Positions 1-11,715 of a DNA stretch of 64,000 nucleotides are shown here, one piece after another (position 1 is the stretch's first letter; each line of letters begins with the position of its first letter). The translations under genes and the position numbers were made by a program. The notes under the pieces are model-generated. The model was not told the origin of the DNA, searched no databases, and saw only the letters and a list, made by a program, of their open reading frames with translations. Where the stretch lies: NCBI RefSeq assembly GCF_964188315.1, contig NC_135662.1, forward strand, positions 39,122,001 to 39,186,000, written 5' to 3'. The DNA comes from Podarcis muralis (taxonomy: Eukaryota).

Positions 1-94
1 GTTGGTGGACCACAACATGCACCGTTCCTGAATATTGGCCAGGCTGGCAGTGGCTGATGGGACTTGGAGTCCAACATCCTATGCAGTTCCCCTG
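1..94. mobile_element. Remnant of a short palindromic hAT-like MITE, cut by the window edge
   Basis: ggctgatgggacttggagtccaac...ttcccctg resembles the ~120-bp elements at 10972-11092 and ~54000-54125. Confidence 0.45.
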
Positions 95-1109
95 TTTGGT
101 TCTACAGCATGCATTTATATAGGATGCTATAGGAACCAGGAATTGGGAGGGACAGAGTGGACATATTTTGTCCTCAACCTGTCATCGATGTGCACTCTCT
201 TTCTCTGAGCTTCTCCCAGGATGAAGGAACATGACCAGTAGGCTTTCAGATGGTCATCCCCCCAGATGTAGCTTCCTCAAGTATGAAAGTTTAAAAGAGA
301 AGCAAAACTCCCCACAACAGCAGTACATGCCCCTACTCCTACATAGACAGCCCACATTCTGAACTAGTCTTTGCATTCTATCTGCATTTTAAAAATTCTG
401 TTTTATCCATGTTTCCTTTGGCATGGTCTACTGTGTAGATAGTGATGAATTATAGTAATAAATAAGAAATATTGCATTCTTCTGATACGGGCAATCCCCC
501 AGGAAGTTTCTCCAAAGCTCAATCCATTACTTCAATTATTGTTTCCACAAGCCAAAGATACAATTTGGTGCCACTACCACAATGCAATTAAAGAAATGGT
601 GTCAAAGTCTCCAGATATTTGTTTGCTGTGTATATGTGCTTATCTTTGAAGTACACATTTCCATTAACATAAATCCTGACAGCAGTGTCATTGTAGCAAT
701 TTAGGTGTGATGTTAATTTCATGTAGGCAATTAACGTCACAATTTTTAAGAAAAGTAGCTGCAGGGGGGGGGGGGGTTCAGGGCCTGTTAATGAAGTTGC
801 ATAAATAGCACAAGCCAAGTCCAGAGAGACAAGTCTTGAGAACTGTACCTTACTGAATAATCTGAACAAAAATTGTGTATAATTTGGGGTGAAAGGAACA
901 GGTGTTGTTCCCAGCAAGAAGAAATAAAACTAAACATACAGAAGAAAACTCTCCCAAAACAACTCAGCTAATTAGAGGGCATGCTGCCTACATGAAGATC
1001 ATGCCACTATGCTTGGCAACACCTCCATCTACCCCCTTCTTGGCTGGTTTACATTAACACTAAGAGAAGGGGAAAACCTGAATATTATCTTTTCCTTTTC
1101 CTTTTGCAG

Positions 1110-1192
1110 AGGCAGATTTAGGTGAGAGTGACTGGTCCACCCACAAGCTGAGAGGGGGTGCTGCAACAATGATGAACAATGGAAGGTGAGAG
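1110..1192 (+). other. Candidate non-coding exon (83 nt)
   Basis: Acceptor ttttccttttccttttgcag (AG 1108-1109) and donor AG|GTAAGT (GT 1193-1194); stop codons in all three frames. Confidence 0.3.
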
Positions 1193-1399
1193 GTAAGTGT
1201 GTGAGAATTTTGGTGGCACACAGAGCATCGCTGAAATTTTAAAGCCCAGTGTCTGCCATTGCCTATTGTGCTTAGCAGGTGAGCTTCTTATCCTAAACCT
1301 CTGCTTCCCATTTGTCAGTGCAGCATATAGCCATCTATACTTGGTCACCCTGGGAGTCTTTTCCTGTTGCATTATCTTCTGTTTTTTTCTTTTCTACAG

Positions 1400-1423
1400 G
1401 AAATCTTCATCCTTAGGATGCAT
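1400..1423 (+). other. Candidate 24-nt microexon
   Basis: 41-nt AG-free pyrimidine tract ending ttttctacag (AG 1398-1399) and donor CAT|GTAAGT (GT 1424-1425). Confidence 0.3.
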
Positions 1424-2387
1424 GTAAGTAATGAGGCAATTAGCAGCATGTCTAGTTTGACAACCCACCCCCAAACTCATAGAACCCTCATCATGCTTGG
1501 ATTGCTTGTGCTTCTTATTTATTTATTAAAAGCCTCCACAAAGAAAATTAAGTCTATTATTCAATACATTTTAAAAAATTAATATTTAATAGAGAACCTC
1601 TGACCATGTATTTAGTCATGGCAAGGGGAAAGAGATATTGATAATTTCCTTTCTGTGTCTAGCCACAGAGAAAGGGCAAAGCATTTGTTTCCATTCTTGG
1701 AAGGTGTTAGTTTTATTTATTTCCTGAGTAGGACCAATCAGTGAGGACCATAAATACCAAGCACCACCACTTTGAAACATGCCTCATTATCCTCCACATG
1801 CTTTGGGTCTCTCTGAATGCATTTTGACAAAACATTTACATAAAATACAACTTTTAGCTCTTAAAGAACATGAGAGAAAAGGGTACAAGTGCAGCTCCTG
1901 TGGGATGAAAAGCCCATTCTGGATTCGAGCACCAGCAATGGATTAGATTTACAGCACAGCAAAGTATATGGGAGCACTTTAATTTAACTAAGTTATGTGA
2001 CTCAGAGCCAAAATTGTCTTTAATGCAAGCACTCAAGGTTATAGATGAAGCTCTTGGGGCTATAGATTAAGCTGCCCGGCAGTTCTGATATAAGACAGTG
2101 TCAAAGAGTCAAGAAGATGGGAATCAAAAGTCCCCCCTCCTCTTCTTGACTCCTTGAATTCCTTTCTCCAGTACCAAAATATCAGAATCAGCTTAGAGTC
2201 CTTGGGATGAGAGTCTTTCGAAGAACAAAAACCTGAAGGCGTGGACGGAACTTGAAGGGGGGCACTGGACTGATATTCATATTTTAAAGTCCTGCCTGCT
2301 GTTGCCAATGGACCTCGGCTAGTTGGACCAAAGGTGACAATGGGTTTCTTTCTGAGAGATCCTATAGTATCTACACAATACTAATGT

Positions 2388-2550
2388 GTTAGCTCATTTA
2401 GTTGGAGCATGGTGCTGATAACACCATGGTTGCAGGTTTGGTCCCCATATGGGACAACTGCATATTCCTGCATTGGGCTGGAGTAGGTGATCCTCAGAGT
2501 CAGCGAATCAGAGAATCATAGACTTTACATTTCTATGATTCTGTGATTCT
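2388..2550 (+). mobile_element. tRNA-Ile-headed SINE with CR1-type 3' tail
   Basis: Head gttagctca...ggtgctgataacaccatggttgcaggtttggtcccc resembles tRNA-Ile; then tcctgcattg... and a ttctatgattctgtgattct CR1-type tail. Confidence 0.65.
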
Positions 2551-2700
2551 CTGTATACCATTCTCAACTTGTCCCCAATGACTAGAAGCTGGGGGGGGGG
2601 GCATTCCACTGTTTACTCCTAGCGCAGTGTGAGCAAACATATTAACAAAATATGGTGTCATCCTGGGCCAAACCCTCTGGTTGAATAATAATTTGATCAA

Positions 2701-2850
2701 ATCATAATCATAATAATTTATTTATACCCCACCCATCTGGATGGGTTTCCCCAGCCACTCTGGGTGGCTCCCAACAGAATTAATGATAATCATAATAAAA
2801 AAGTGATAAAACATCAGACATTAAAAGCTTCCCTAAACAGGGCTGCCTTC
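2701..2850 (-). mobile_element. L2 LINE 3' end fragment
   Basis: Reverse complement of the ccacccagagtggctgg...cagatgggtgggg...aaataa end seen at 7150-7347 and 29479-29792. Confidence 0.7.
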
Positions 2851-4489
2851 TTACTCAGTGTTGTAAACTGCAAATCTTGGCCAACTGTTTCTGTGGAGAT
2901 GTCGGAGGAACAATAATTCATCATCGTGAAGCTAATGCTAAACTTGAGCACTGTGGCAACCTGGTCCCTTAAACAGCCTTCTTCCACCTTCCAACTGACT
3001 GCAGGAATATCTGTAGAGTGAATCATCCTCACCATGGTGTATCATAGTTTTCTTCCTGCATTTTTGGCTTTGTGTTAATGGGTAAAAAACCCCAAACAGT
3101 TTTGCGTGTTAGATCTGTTTCACATCATTCAGAACAATATCTCTGCAGTTCCATCCTTTGCTACTGGCATGCCTGTTCATTAGAAAAATCTGGCCATATC
3201 TTGTTTCTGTAACCCTGAGTGTCTCTTTTCTTTTCTTTCTACATTTCCCTTGATGTGTCTTTAAATCTCAGCAAATGGCAAATATAAAACTCTTATCAAG
3301 CTGGTGATCACCTTTTGGATCACACCTCATTCGTAGTTGGCTTTAAGTAAGCCTAGGCAGCTCAACAGCAATTGTAAAAATGCAATGAATTCACCTCTAA
3401 AGCTTTATATGGTACTGCTGTCCAATCACTATGCCAACCAGGTTTCTTGGGTAGCTGGACTCTTAAGTGAGAATTCCTGCACTTCCCACGGAAATCAGTG
3501 AAGCCAGTTTCCTTCAGTTTCTCAGTTTCCCCAACTTGATTTCCACCAACTCTTCTTCCACATTAGTTTACAATTTTTAAAAAACCTACACAAGTTATAT
3601 GCATTTATGTGAACATGTCTTCAGATGTATGCCTTGTAATATGAAATTTAGTATACAAAATTCCACCAACTAGAATATAATTTTATTATAACATTTATTA
3701 GATGCCTTTTCTAGCCACAAGCAACTCAATGCATCTTTACAAAAAGAAAACAAAAAACATACGTTCATTAAACTCAGGGGGAAACATTAAAAACATTAAA
3801 GAAGAAAGAAAACATTAAAAACAACCCCTCTCCTTGAATGCAAAGGATGATATCCAATGTTAGTCATATTCAGAGCAGACTCAGTTAAATCAATGCACAG
3901 TAACCAAAATAACATTGATTTTCCTGTCTCTGCTCTGAGTATGATTGTGATACCACAAAGAAGGAAAACTAAATTTGCACTGAATATGCATATATGAAAA
4001 CAATTATTTTCTTATTAAGTGCCAAGGAATAGTCTGTTCTCCCCAGCTGTCTTGAAGAAAAAAGAAGCAAGGAGATTTAAATTTTAAAAGTCCTTAGGAA
4101 AAACACAGTGTTAAAGTTTGACTCTCCTTCTCCATTATCGCTCTTTGTCAGTGCTTCCCAAGTACCAAAATAATTTTTAATGCAATACCATATTTAAATG
4201 TACCACTATGTTTTTATTTCTAAAAGCCTCAGTTATGTCATTCAGTGTAAAATGCTCAGTGACGTTAATTCTGTTTGTTTCAGGTTATTCAAATATTTCC
4301 TTTAGGCTGTTTTTGTGCAACTTCTATTTCAGATTAAATATTATCAAACTACAGTATACAGGTAGTGCTTTGAACTCTGCTGCCATCTGTTGGTGACATT
4401 TAGGAGATGCTGTATAAGAAACATTCTAAACAGGCTGGCTATGTATCCTGCTCAGCTGCAATACAAAAATTTCAGACTGAATTAGTCTC

Positions 4490-5214
4490 TGCTAGGCGCT
4501 GCTGACCTATAAAGCCTTAAACAGTTCTGGACCATAATACCTTAAAGACCACTTCTCCCCCTATGAACCAATCTGGATGCTATGATCATCTCCTGAAGCC
4601 CTTCTTTGTGTGCCTCTTCCATGAGGCCTTTTCTGCAGTGACTCCCCATTTGCTGAATGCTCTCCCCAGGGAGACTCGCCTGGAGCCATTGTTACCTATC
4701 TTAGAACATTCCTCTTTTCCCAGGCCTTTGGCTAATTAAGCAGTCTATGAGGAGGAGCCCTGAGTGCTCACTGGAAGGACAGATCCTGAAGGTGAGGCTC
4801 CAGTACTTTGGCCACCTCATGAGAAGAGAAGACTCCCTGGAGAAGACCCTGATGTTGGGAAAGATTGAGGGCACAAGGAGAAGGGGACAATAGAGGACGA
4901 GATGGTTGGACAGTGTTCGTGAAGCTACAAACATGAGCCTGACCAAACTGCGGGAGGCAGTGGAAGACAGGAGTGCCTGGCGTGCTCTGGTCCATGGGGT
5001 CATGAAGAGTTGGACACGACTAAGCGACTAAACAACAGCAGCAACAGCAGCAGCAGCAGCAGCAGCAGCAACAACGTGGTCTCTTCGATTGGGGGTGGCG
5101 GTGGCATTGTTTTGTTTGTTATTATGTACAGTATTTTTTGTGTTTTTATACTGAAAACTGCCCTGTGACCCTCTCATGAAGGGTGACATAGAAATTTAAT
5201 AAATAATAATAATA
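4490..5214 (+). mobile_element. L2 LINE 3' fragment interrupted by a Bov-B piece
   Basis: ggccttttctgcagtgactcccc...ccaggcctttggc before 4750; L2-type end ctgccctgtgacc...gaagggtgacatagaaatttaataaataataat after 5076. Confidence 0.6.
4756..5075 (+). mobile_element. Bov-B (RTE) LINE 3' fragment with CAA/CAG tail
   Basis: Closely matches the 3' ~290 nt of the long copy (57894-58178); tail reads CAA(CAG)2CAA(CAG)8(CAA)2. Confidence 0.92.
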
Positions 5215-5318
5215 CTTTTGGCGTAAAGTAGAAGAAAATGTAATGTTGCTGCTAATGTATTCCCTATAGTTCATTTTCTGTCTTCTTTTGTACAACATTA
5301 AGGCTCTAAACTTTAGGG

Positions 5319-5809
5319 CACAAGTGGAGAACCTATCTTTGGCTCAAGGGCCACATCCCCTTCTGGGCAGCCTCCCGGGAGCCACATGTCAATGGTGGGT
5401 GGAGCCCAGGGCAAAAGGGGATGGAGCAACAAATGTAAATTTGACCTTTGTACAGTAGGTTACACAAACACACACCCTTCTCTCTCCAACATGTAGGCAA
5501 CCAAGAGGCATCACAGCGGCAGACTTTGAGCTTTCAAATTTCAGCTGTGCCCTGTGAGTGCCCCCACCTTGCCCTCTATTCTACAGCATTGTGTTGCGGC
5601 CCCTTGCAGTGCTGCGCCCAGTTGTGCCACCCTAAAACCACCTCTGGGCATTGTCAGAGTTCAAGGATGTGTTCCAGTCAGGCAGAAACACTTGAGTAGA
5701 GTGTTAAACATGGTCAGTGAGGGGTGTGGCCTGGTAAGAGTTTTGAGGGCCAGATGGAGAGACATGGAGGGCCACATTTGGTCCTTGATTCTGACCTTCC
5801 CCATACCTG
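5319..5809. mobile_element. Non-autonomous hAT-like DNA transposon
   Basis: Degenerate TIRs cacaagtggagaacct / accttccccatacctg, subterminal gggccacat motifs; flanks ctttaggg / atttagta match 5 of 8. Confidence 0.5.
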
Positions 5810-6322
5810 ATTTAGTATATCTGCTTATCTTCCTGTGTGTGTGGTTTTTTGTTGTTTTTTTATTTTATTTTTAAGAATTGCCCTTTCCCCAGATTTTTCT
5901 TTTTCTTTTTACAACTTGTGTTTGTGTTTCAGTGGGGAGCCTACTCAGGCTAATGAGACTGGCAGAATAGATCAGAATGCAGCAAGAGCCCGGATCTTAA
6001 AACCATTTTAGATTTCAGATGCTATTCAGCAGACCTTCGGAGGAGAAATGGATTAAAAACCCAACACCATCAATTATTTCTGGAGCCAGCCTCAGTAATT
6101 CTCCTATCTCTGGAGCATTTCCACGTTTCTTTTTGTTAGTTTCCTGTCCTCCACAGAACAACTGGCCAGCTTTTAAACCCCTCATGCAATCTGTCCCGTT
6201 GACTCCCTTAACCCCATGGCATCTAAACTCTAAACGGGAGAGATCTGGGATCCCCTCTCTTCTAACTAAATGAGAACATGAAAGGATGCAAATATAGCTT
6301 CTAATTTGAAAAGACTATCTTA

Positions 6323-6338
6323 TAGCACCCCCTAGTGG
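6323..6338 (-). promoter_or_regulatory. CTCF core motif
   Basis: Minus strand CCACTAGGGGGTGCTA vs consensus CCACYAGRKGGCRCTA, in non-repeat DNA. Confidence 0.6.
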
Positions 6339-7149
6339 AATAGATAGTTTTCCAGTTTAGAGCAAGCATTTGGGAATTGCACAAGCCCTGTTTCAGAGAC
6401 CATAGTTGGGCAGCTGAAAACACAATTGTCTCCCTTTCTCCTTCCTGAATGACAGAATTTCCCTCTTCATTCTCAGCTTGGTATTAATGATGGTGTAGCA
6501 TTAAGACTTGTACCTCCACATACAGGGCACCTACCTGTTGAACTTCTGAAACTCACCAAAGAGTCCTATTCCTCCTTTTTATTCCAGTAGGCTATTGAAC
6601 TGAATTCTGATTTTATAGTTTTAGTTCACTTTTAGTCTTATCATATTGGGGCTCCTGTACACCGCTTGGAGATGACTGTGATTAAGCAGTATACAAATTG
6701 TCAAAATAAAGATAAATAAACACAGTGGCAACAATCAGTTTTTTGAAGCAAGGCATGGTGGCTAATCCAAACTTCACACTGATTGAGCTATTCTTGGATG
6801 CTAACCAGGGAAAGGATCATTCAAGTCATGTTTCTACTGCACTGATACTAATTTTGTCGTTTCCCTACTGTCTTTTCCGGGCTAATTTCAGCTGGGCTCT
6901 CAGCCCTGTTTTTGCTTTCTAAAGGAGCCACTGGATGTTATTCATGCATTTTTTAAAAGGCTGATTAAATTGGCCACTTTTGCAGATAAATCAGCTGGGA
7001 GGACCCAATCTGGAATACGTGGACTAGGGCACTAGGAGGGCACTACTGACCCTCTGAAGATGCTGTTGATTGCATAAAGCACCTTTAAGCACAAATAGTA
7101 GTCAAGATGGAGTGACTTTAAGTGGGAAACTGGTTATGGGAGCATGTTT

Positions 7150-7303
7150 CACTCCTGATCGCTGCTTTTCAGAAGACCTCTGAAGGCAGCCCTGTTTAGG
7201 GAAGTTTTTAATGTGTGACATTTTCGTGTATTTTTGGTCTTTGTTGGAAGCCACCCAGAGTGGCTGGTAAAACCCAGCCAGATGGGTGGGGTGCAAATAA
7301 TAA

Positions 7304-7347
<44 letters not shown>
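7150..7347 (+). mobile_element. L2 3' end with (ATT)n tail
   Basis: gaaggcagccctgtttagggaag...ccacccagagtggctgg...gatgggtgggg followed by ATT repeat 7304-7347. Confidence 0.75.
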
Positions 7348-7523
7348 CTCTCCTTTTCTTTCCTGCATACATTCTTTTGCTGCTTTTTCTTCAAAGACTA
7401 AGTGGCCAGTTTAACCATCAACCCTTCTTCCCAGAGAACCCTGGGAACTGTAGCTATGTGAGGGAAATAGAGGACTTATCTTATAGAAACTTTCACAACC
7501 TTAACAAACTACAGTTTCAAATG

Positions 7524-8149
7524 TGTTATGTCAGTGTAGCCACAGAGTCCTCAGAGGAGGACCCCACAGGTCACGTGCCTTGAGGTGCCTGAAACCCGTC
7601 CTCAGAATCCTCTTAAGGGGACCTCTGAAGCAAGGCCTGCTGGAAAACCCTTGAGATTGTCAGAGAAGGTGGAGGTGGGGCCATTCCGCAGGCCTGCAAA
7701 ATGCTAGTGCCAGAAGGTCCATGTCTGGACCAAAGAGTGACACCATAGGATACATATGTCGGTGTCAGATTCCTTGCACAGCTTGTGAGTAAGGGGTCTC
7801 CTTGTGAGGAAGCAATCCCTGAAAACTTTCACTACCATTGGCTACGGTTAGGGTGTGGTGTGGGAGGCCAGAGTATACACAGTCTTCCTCTTCAGTCCTG
7901 GTTTGTTTCACTGTGCTGCACCTTCAACCCTGCTCCCCTTGATGAGAGCTTTGCTTGTACCTCCTGGGACCAGATCCTGCCAAGGGCACTCACAACAGTG
8001 TGCCAGTTGTTGGACTCCAACTTCCATTGTCACTGACCTTTGGCTTTGCTGGCTAGGGCTGATGGATCCATTAAAGTTTGAACTCTGGATTTTGTGTCTT
8101 TTCTCTCTTGGGCTTAGCAAAGTGCCTAGTCTGGGTGGGGGAAAGGACA
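7524..8149 (+). mobile_element. Possible degenerate solo LTR
   Basis: TG start, ATTAAA at 8070-8075, ends ggaca; GC-richer than flanks; no convincing TSD. Confidence 0.3.
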
Positions 8150-8984
8150 TTGTACTGTTGGAGATTTTCCCAAAAAGAAAAGCAACAGGCTGGTGCAGGC
8201 GGCTAATATTATTTTAGCCATAGCAGCAGCATAGTTTTGTAATTCGGTAGCACTTTGTTGAGCCACAAGCCTGTGGTTATGAGGAACAGGGCACTGTTGC
8301 TACCCAATCTGTTGAAAGACAGTGATCCAATTCAGACCACAGAGTCTTGTTACACGCATTCTCCCTTTCCCCCTTCCTTTATGACTAAAGGGAGAAAGCT
8401 GAAAGTTTCTTCCAGTCTCTAACAAACAGTAGTTTCCTGTTTCATCTGAATACTGAAAATTGATGGGGTTAAAAATAATAATCATAGTGAACAAATGGTG
8501 ATATTTGGCCACAACCTAACCATGGTTTGATATCCTGACTTATTAACTAAGCATGCTGTACATATGAGGGAAAAGCATGTGAATCTGAGATCAAACTATG
8601 ATTTGTCATTATATGTGACTCAGACCATTCTCTTCATCTTCACTGAACTTTCTTCTTGAGACTCTTCTGTGAGAAAGCAAGTACGTCACTGTGGAATTAA
8701 AATGGTATATTAAGGAGATCAAGGCACTTGGAAGAAAACCCATTAACAGTGAACTTGTATGAAGCATTTAAGAGCAAAACTGCATACATTGTGACAGAAA
8801 GTAATTTTATTATATAGAGAGATTATAATCTCATTTGCTTCAGGAGTTTGCGTCCTATTTGAGCTCCATGCACAAAAAAGTGTGTGTGTTTGTTTTTGTG
8901 TGTATGTATATAAAGTAGGTGTACTTTAAAAAGAGAAATGTTCCTCAAACAGAGTTTTTAATTTGTAAGGGAACAAACCCAATT

Positions 8985-9128
8985 CCTGGGATAACTCAGT
9001 TGGTACAGCATGCAATCTTCATGTTGTGGGTTTGAGCCCCACGTTAGGCAAAAGATTCCTGCATTGCAGGGGTTGGACTAGATGACCCTCATGGTCCCTT
9101 CCAACTCAACAATTCTATGATTCTATGA
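8985..9128 (+). mobile_element. tRNA-Lys(CTT)-headed SINE with CR1 3' tail
   Basis: gggataactcagttggtacagcatg...gtgggtttgagccccacgttaggc resembles tRNA-Lys(CTT); tail ggttggactagatgaccc...attctatgattctatga. Confidence 0.75.
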
Positions 9129-9364
9129 AACCACCGTCAAGTACCTGGTTACTCCTGTGCTTTCTATGGATCATTTCTGTGAATTTGCTCGCCTGCAAGA
9201 TTGAGACACTTCAGTAGCCACCCTCTTACAGTTGAGTGTTGTAGATTTTCACATAAACTCAGGAAAAAATAGTAAATTCATTAGTAGTGATTTCATGACC
9301 TTTTGGATACCTTCCTCTATACAAGAAAGGCAATGTCTATACAAATAACATCAACACAGAACTG

Positions 9365-9735
9365 AGTCCCTCTACTCACAATTTTCCCCAGCTAAAAAGC
9401 CCCAAATGTGATCACTCTTCTTCATGTGAGAGTTGCTCCAGCGTCCAGGCCCCTTTGCAGCATCACAATATCCTATTTTGAGTAAGGTTGCATCATAGTT
9501 TTGTACAAAGGCATTATGATAGTGTTAGTTTAATTTTCAAATCCTTTCCTAATGATCTTCAACATGAAATCCATGCTTTTCACAGCAGCTGCACTCTGGG
9601 TCAGCATTTTCATTAACCTACAACTCCCAAATCCCCTTTCTAGCCAGTCACCGTCATCTCAGACTCCATCAGTGTAGATATGAAGCTAGGATTTTTTTCT
9701 GCAATGTGAAAGCATGTATAAATTTAATTCCATCT
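9365..9735 (-). mobile_element. Degenerate CR1 LINE fragment
   Basis: ctaaaaagccccaaa, tttgtacaaaggcattatgat, ttcctaatgatc, cagctgcactctggg blocks typical of CR1 ORF2 on the minus strand. Confidence 0.6.
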
Positions 9736-10162
9736 TAAAATTATCATTTCATCTTTAATGCTGTCTCCCTAACTCTCTTTATGACTGAAATAAAAGTAAG
9801 GGCTCCAATATTATGATATATTATGACTGAGAAAAAGCTGATTAAATCCAGCGAGTTCCCTCTTGTGGCCAAAAAGAACTGTCATTCTCTGTCTGAAAAG
9901 TAATCACAGAGCTCACTAGAGACATGAATTCCATAAAATGTCAAACACACACACACATGTCCACCATGAAAACTTTCCCCTCCAGCAAATATTTTGGAAT
10001 GTATCTTTTTGCGAAAAAGACTCGAATATTTTCAGCAGTGCAATGCTATATATAGAAATAACCACTGGGTTAGTAGAAACAACCATTCTTCATCATCTGA
10101 TTTCACTCTTCTAGTAAAGAAGGATCCAAAATCTCTCTATCAGATCAGTGACAGCAGTCGTG

Positions 10163-10280
10163 GGTTGCATCCAACTAAGTTTTACTCACAGTAGACCCAC
10201 TGAAATTAATGGACCTAAGTTAGACATGTTCATTGATTTCAGTGGGCCTACTCAGAGTAGAACTAGCTTTGGATATAACC
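10163..10280. repeat. Short palindromic (foldback) element
   Basis: ~50-bp imperfect arms ggttgcatccaac...gtagacccactgaaattaatgg / ttcattgatttcagtgggcctactc...ttggatataacc. Confidence 0.65.
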
Positions 10281-10579
10281 ACAGTGTTTTAGCAATAGAA
10301 AGATTGTACTATAAGATACCATTTTGTGTACTCCTAAGTGCAGAGTGCAATTTGCACAGTGGCTCCCAAGAGGAGCCTTGGTCTTCTTGGCCAGCTTCCG
10401 AAAGATCCTGTGAGAGGATGCTGGATGGGAATCAATAGCTTAAAAGCCTTACCTACCCAACAGAGAGGGTCATTTTGCCCCACAAGCTTATCCATGGTAC
10501 TAGTGCTTTGCTCTATGTTGCTCTATAAGCTGTCACAACTTTGAGCAGAAATGGCATTGAGCAGGGGCAAAACATAAGG

Positions 10580-10910
10580 TGTGTGTGGGGGAATCCAGTT
10601 AGGGGGCTTGGGGGAGAGAGGCACAAGTCACACCCCATCTCGAAAGGGGTCCAGACTTGTGTTGGTTAATGGGATCCCTGATGTCTGGCTTGCCCCACAT
10701 TGGGGTCTAATAGTGGACAAGCCCCAAGAATGGTTTGAGTGTTTAGCAGAAATAACATTCTAACAGCAAGGGGCTGTGCTGTGCTGCCCTTCTGACAGGC
10801 CAACACCACTGGCTTGCTAGAATACCTAATAAAGTTGTCACCTGTTTCAACCCACAAATGTGTATCCTATGTACTCATTCCCCCCATAGACCCCACAGGC
10901 TCCCAATAAC
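10580..10910 (+). mobile_element. Possible LTR fragment
   Basis: AATAAA 10828-10833 in cctaataaagttgtcacctgtttcaaccc context, G-rich 5' part; termini and TSD unclear. Confidence 0.3.
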
Positions 10911-10971
10911 TTTTGAGAATCACAACGGTTTAAAATGTGCGTACACAAATTGTGATATGTAAGGATTAACT

Positions 10972-11092
10972 CAGGGATAGGGAACTTGTGCCCTTTCAGG
11001 TAGTTTTGGACTCCAGCTCCAATCAGGCCAATGGTCATGGAAGATGGGAATAGTAGTCCAGGCATCTAGGGGGTGCAATTTCTGTATCCCCA
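10972..11092. mobile_element. Short hAT-like MITE
   Basis: cagggata.../...tatcccca termini; 8-bp flanks gattaact / gattaatt (7 of 8). Confidence 0.6.
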
Positions 11093-11361
11093 GATTAATT
11101 CTTCTGCTCCAAATTCAGAGATGGCTGTAAGACAGGAATATTGTGTCATAATGACTCAAATAGCGTGATGGATTACATACACATACAATTCCAACAAGCA
11201 ATGGAAGGTATAAATACTCAAGGGACACCAGCCCCCCTGACCCCTCAAAATATCAATTCACTATTTCTTAGAAACTGAGTTTGTGTGGCTGGGTTTTTTG
11301 TGGGGAGGGGTGATGGAGTTATTTTAATGTAATTAATTTACTATGAAGTAAAGTTCAATAT

Positions 11362-11715
11362 GGGACGCAGGTGGCGCTGTGGGTTAAACCACAGAGCCTA
11401 GGACTTGCCGATGAGAAGGTCGGCGGTTCGAATCCCCGTGGTGGGGTGAGCTCCCATTGCTCGGTCCCTGCTCCTGCCAACCTAGCAGTTCAAAAGCACA
11501 TCAAAGTGCAAGTAGATAAATAGGTACCACTCCGGCAGGAAGGTAAACGGCGTTTCCGTATGCTGCTCAGTTTCGCCAGAAGTGACTTAGTCATGCTGGC
11601 CACATGACCCGGAAGCTGTATGCTGGCTCCCTCGGCCAATAAAGCGAGATGAGCGCCACAACCCCAGAGTCAGTCAAGACTGGACCTAACGGTCAGGGGT
11701 CCCTTTACCTTTACT
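11362..11715 (+). mobile_element. Sauria SINE, full length
   Basis: tRNA-like head gggacgcaggtggcgctgtggg with B box ggttcgaatcc, ACCTTT-type tail; perfect 13-bp TSD taaagttcaatat (11349-11361, 11716-11728). Confidence 0.95.

Noticed and set aside
588-917. 109-aa minus-strand ORF
   Set aside because: TTG start, runs through a poly-G tract, no recognisable family
7102-7583. Poly-Ile and poly-Leu ORFs
   Set aside because: Translations of the (ATT)n L2 tail
8985-9058. Possible tRNA genes here and at 2388, 12201, 17371, 47054 and the Sauria heads
   Set aside because: Broken stems and anticodon arms, each fused to a LINE-derived tail: SINE heads, not tRNA genes
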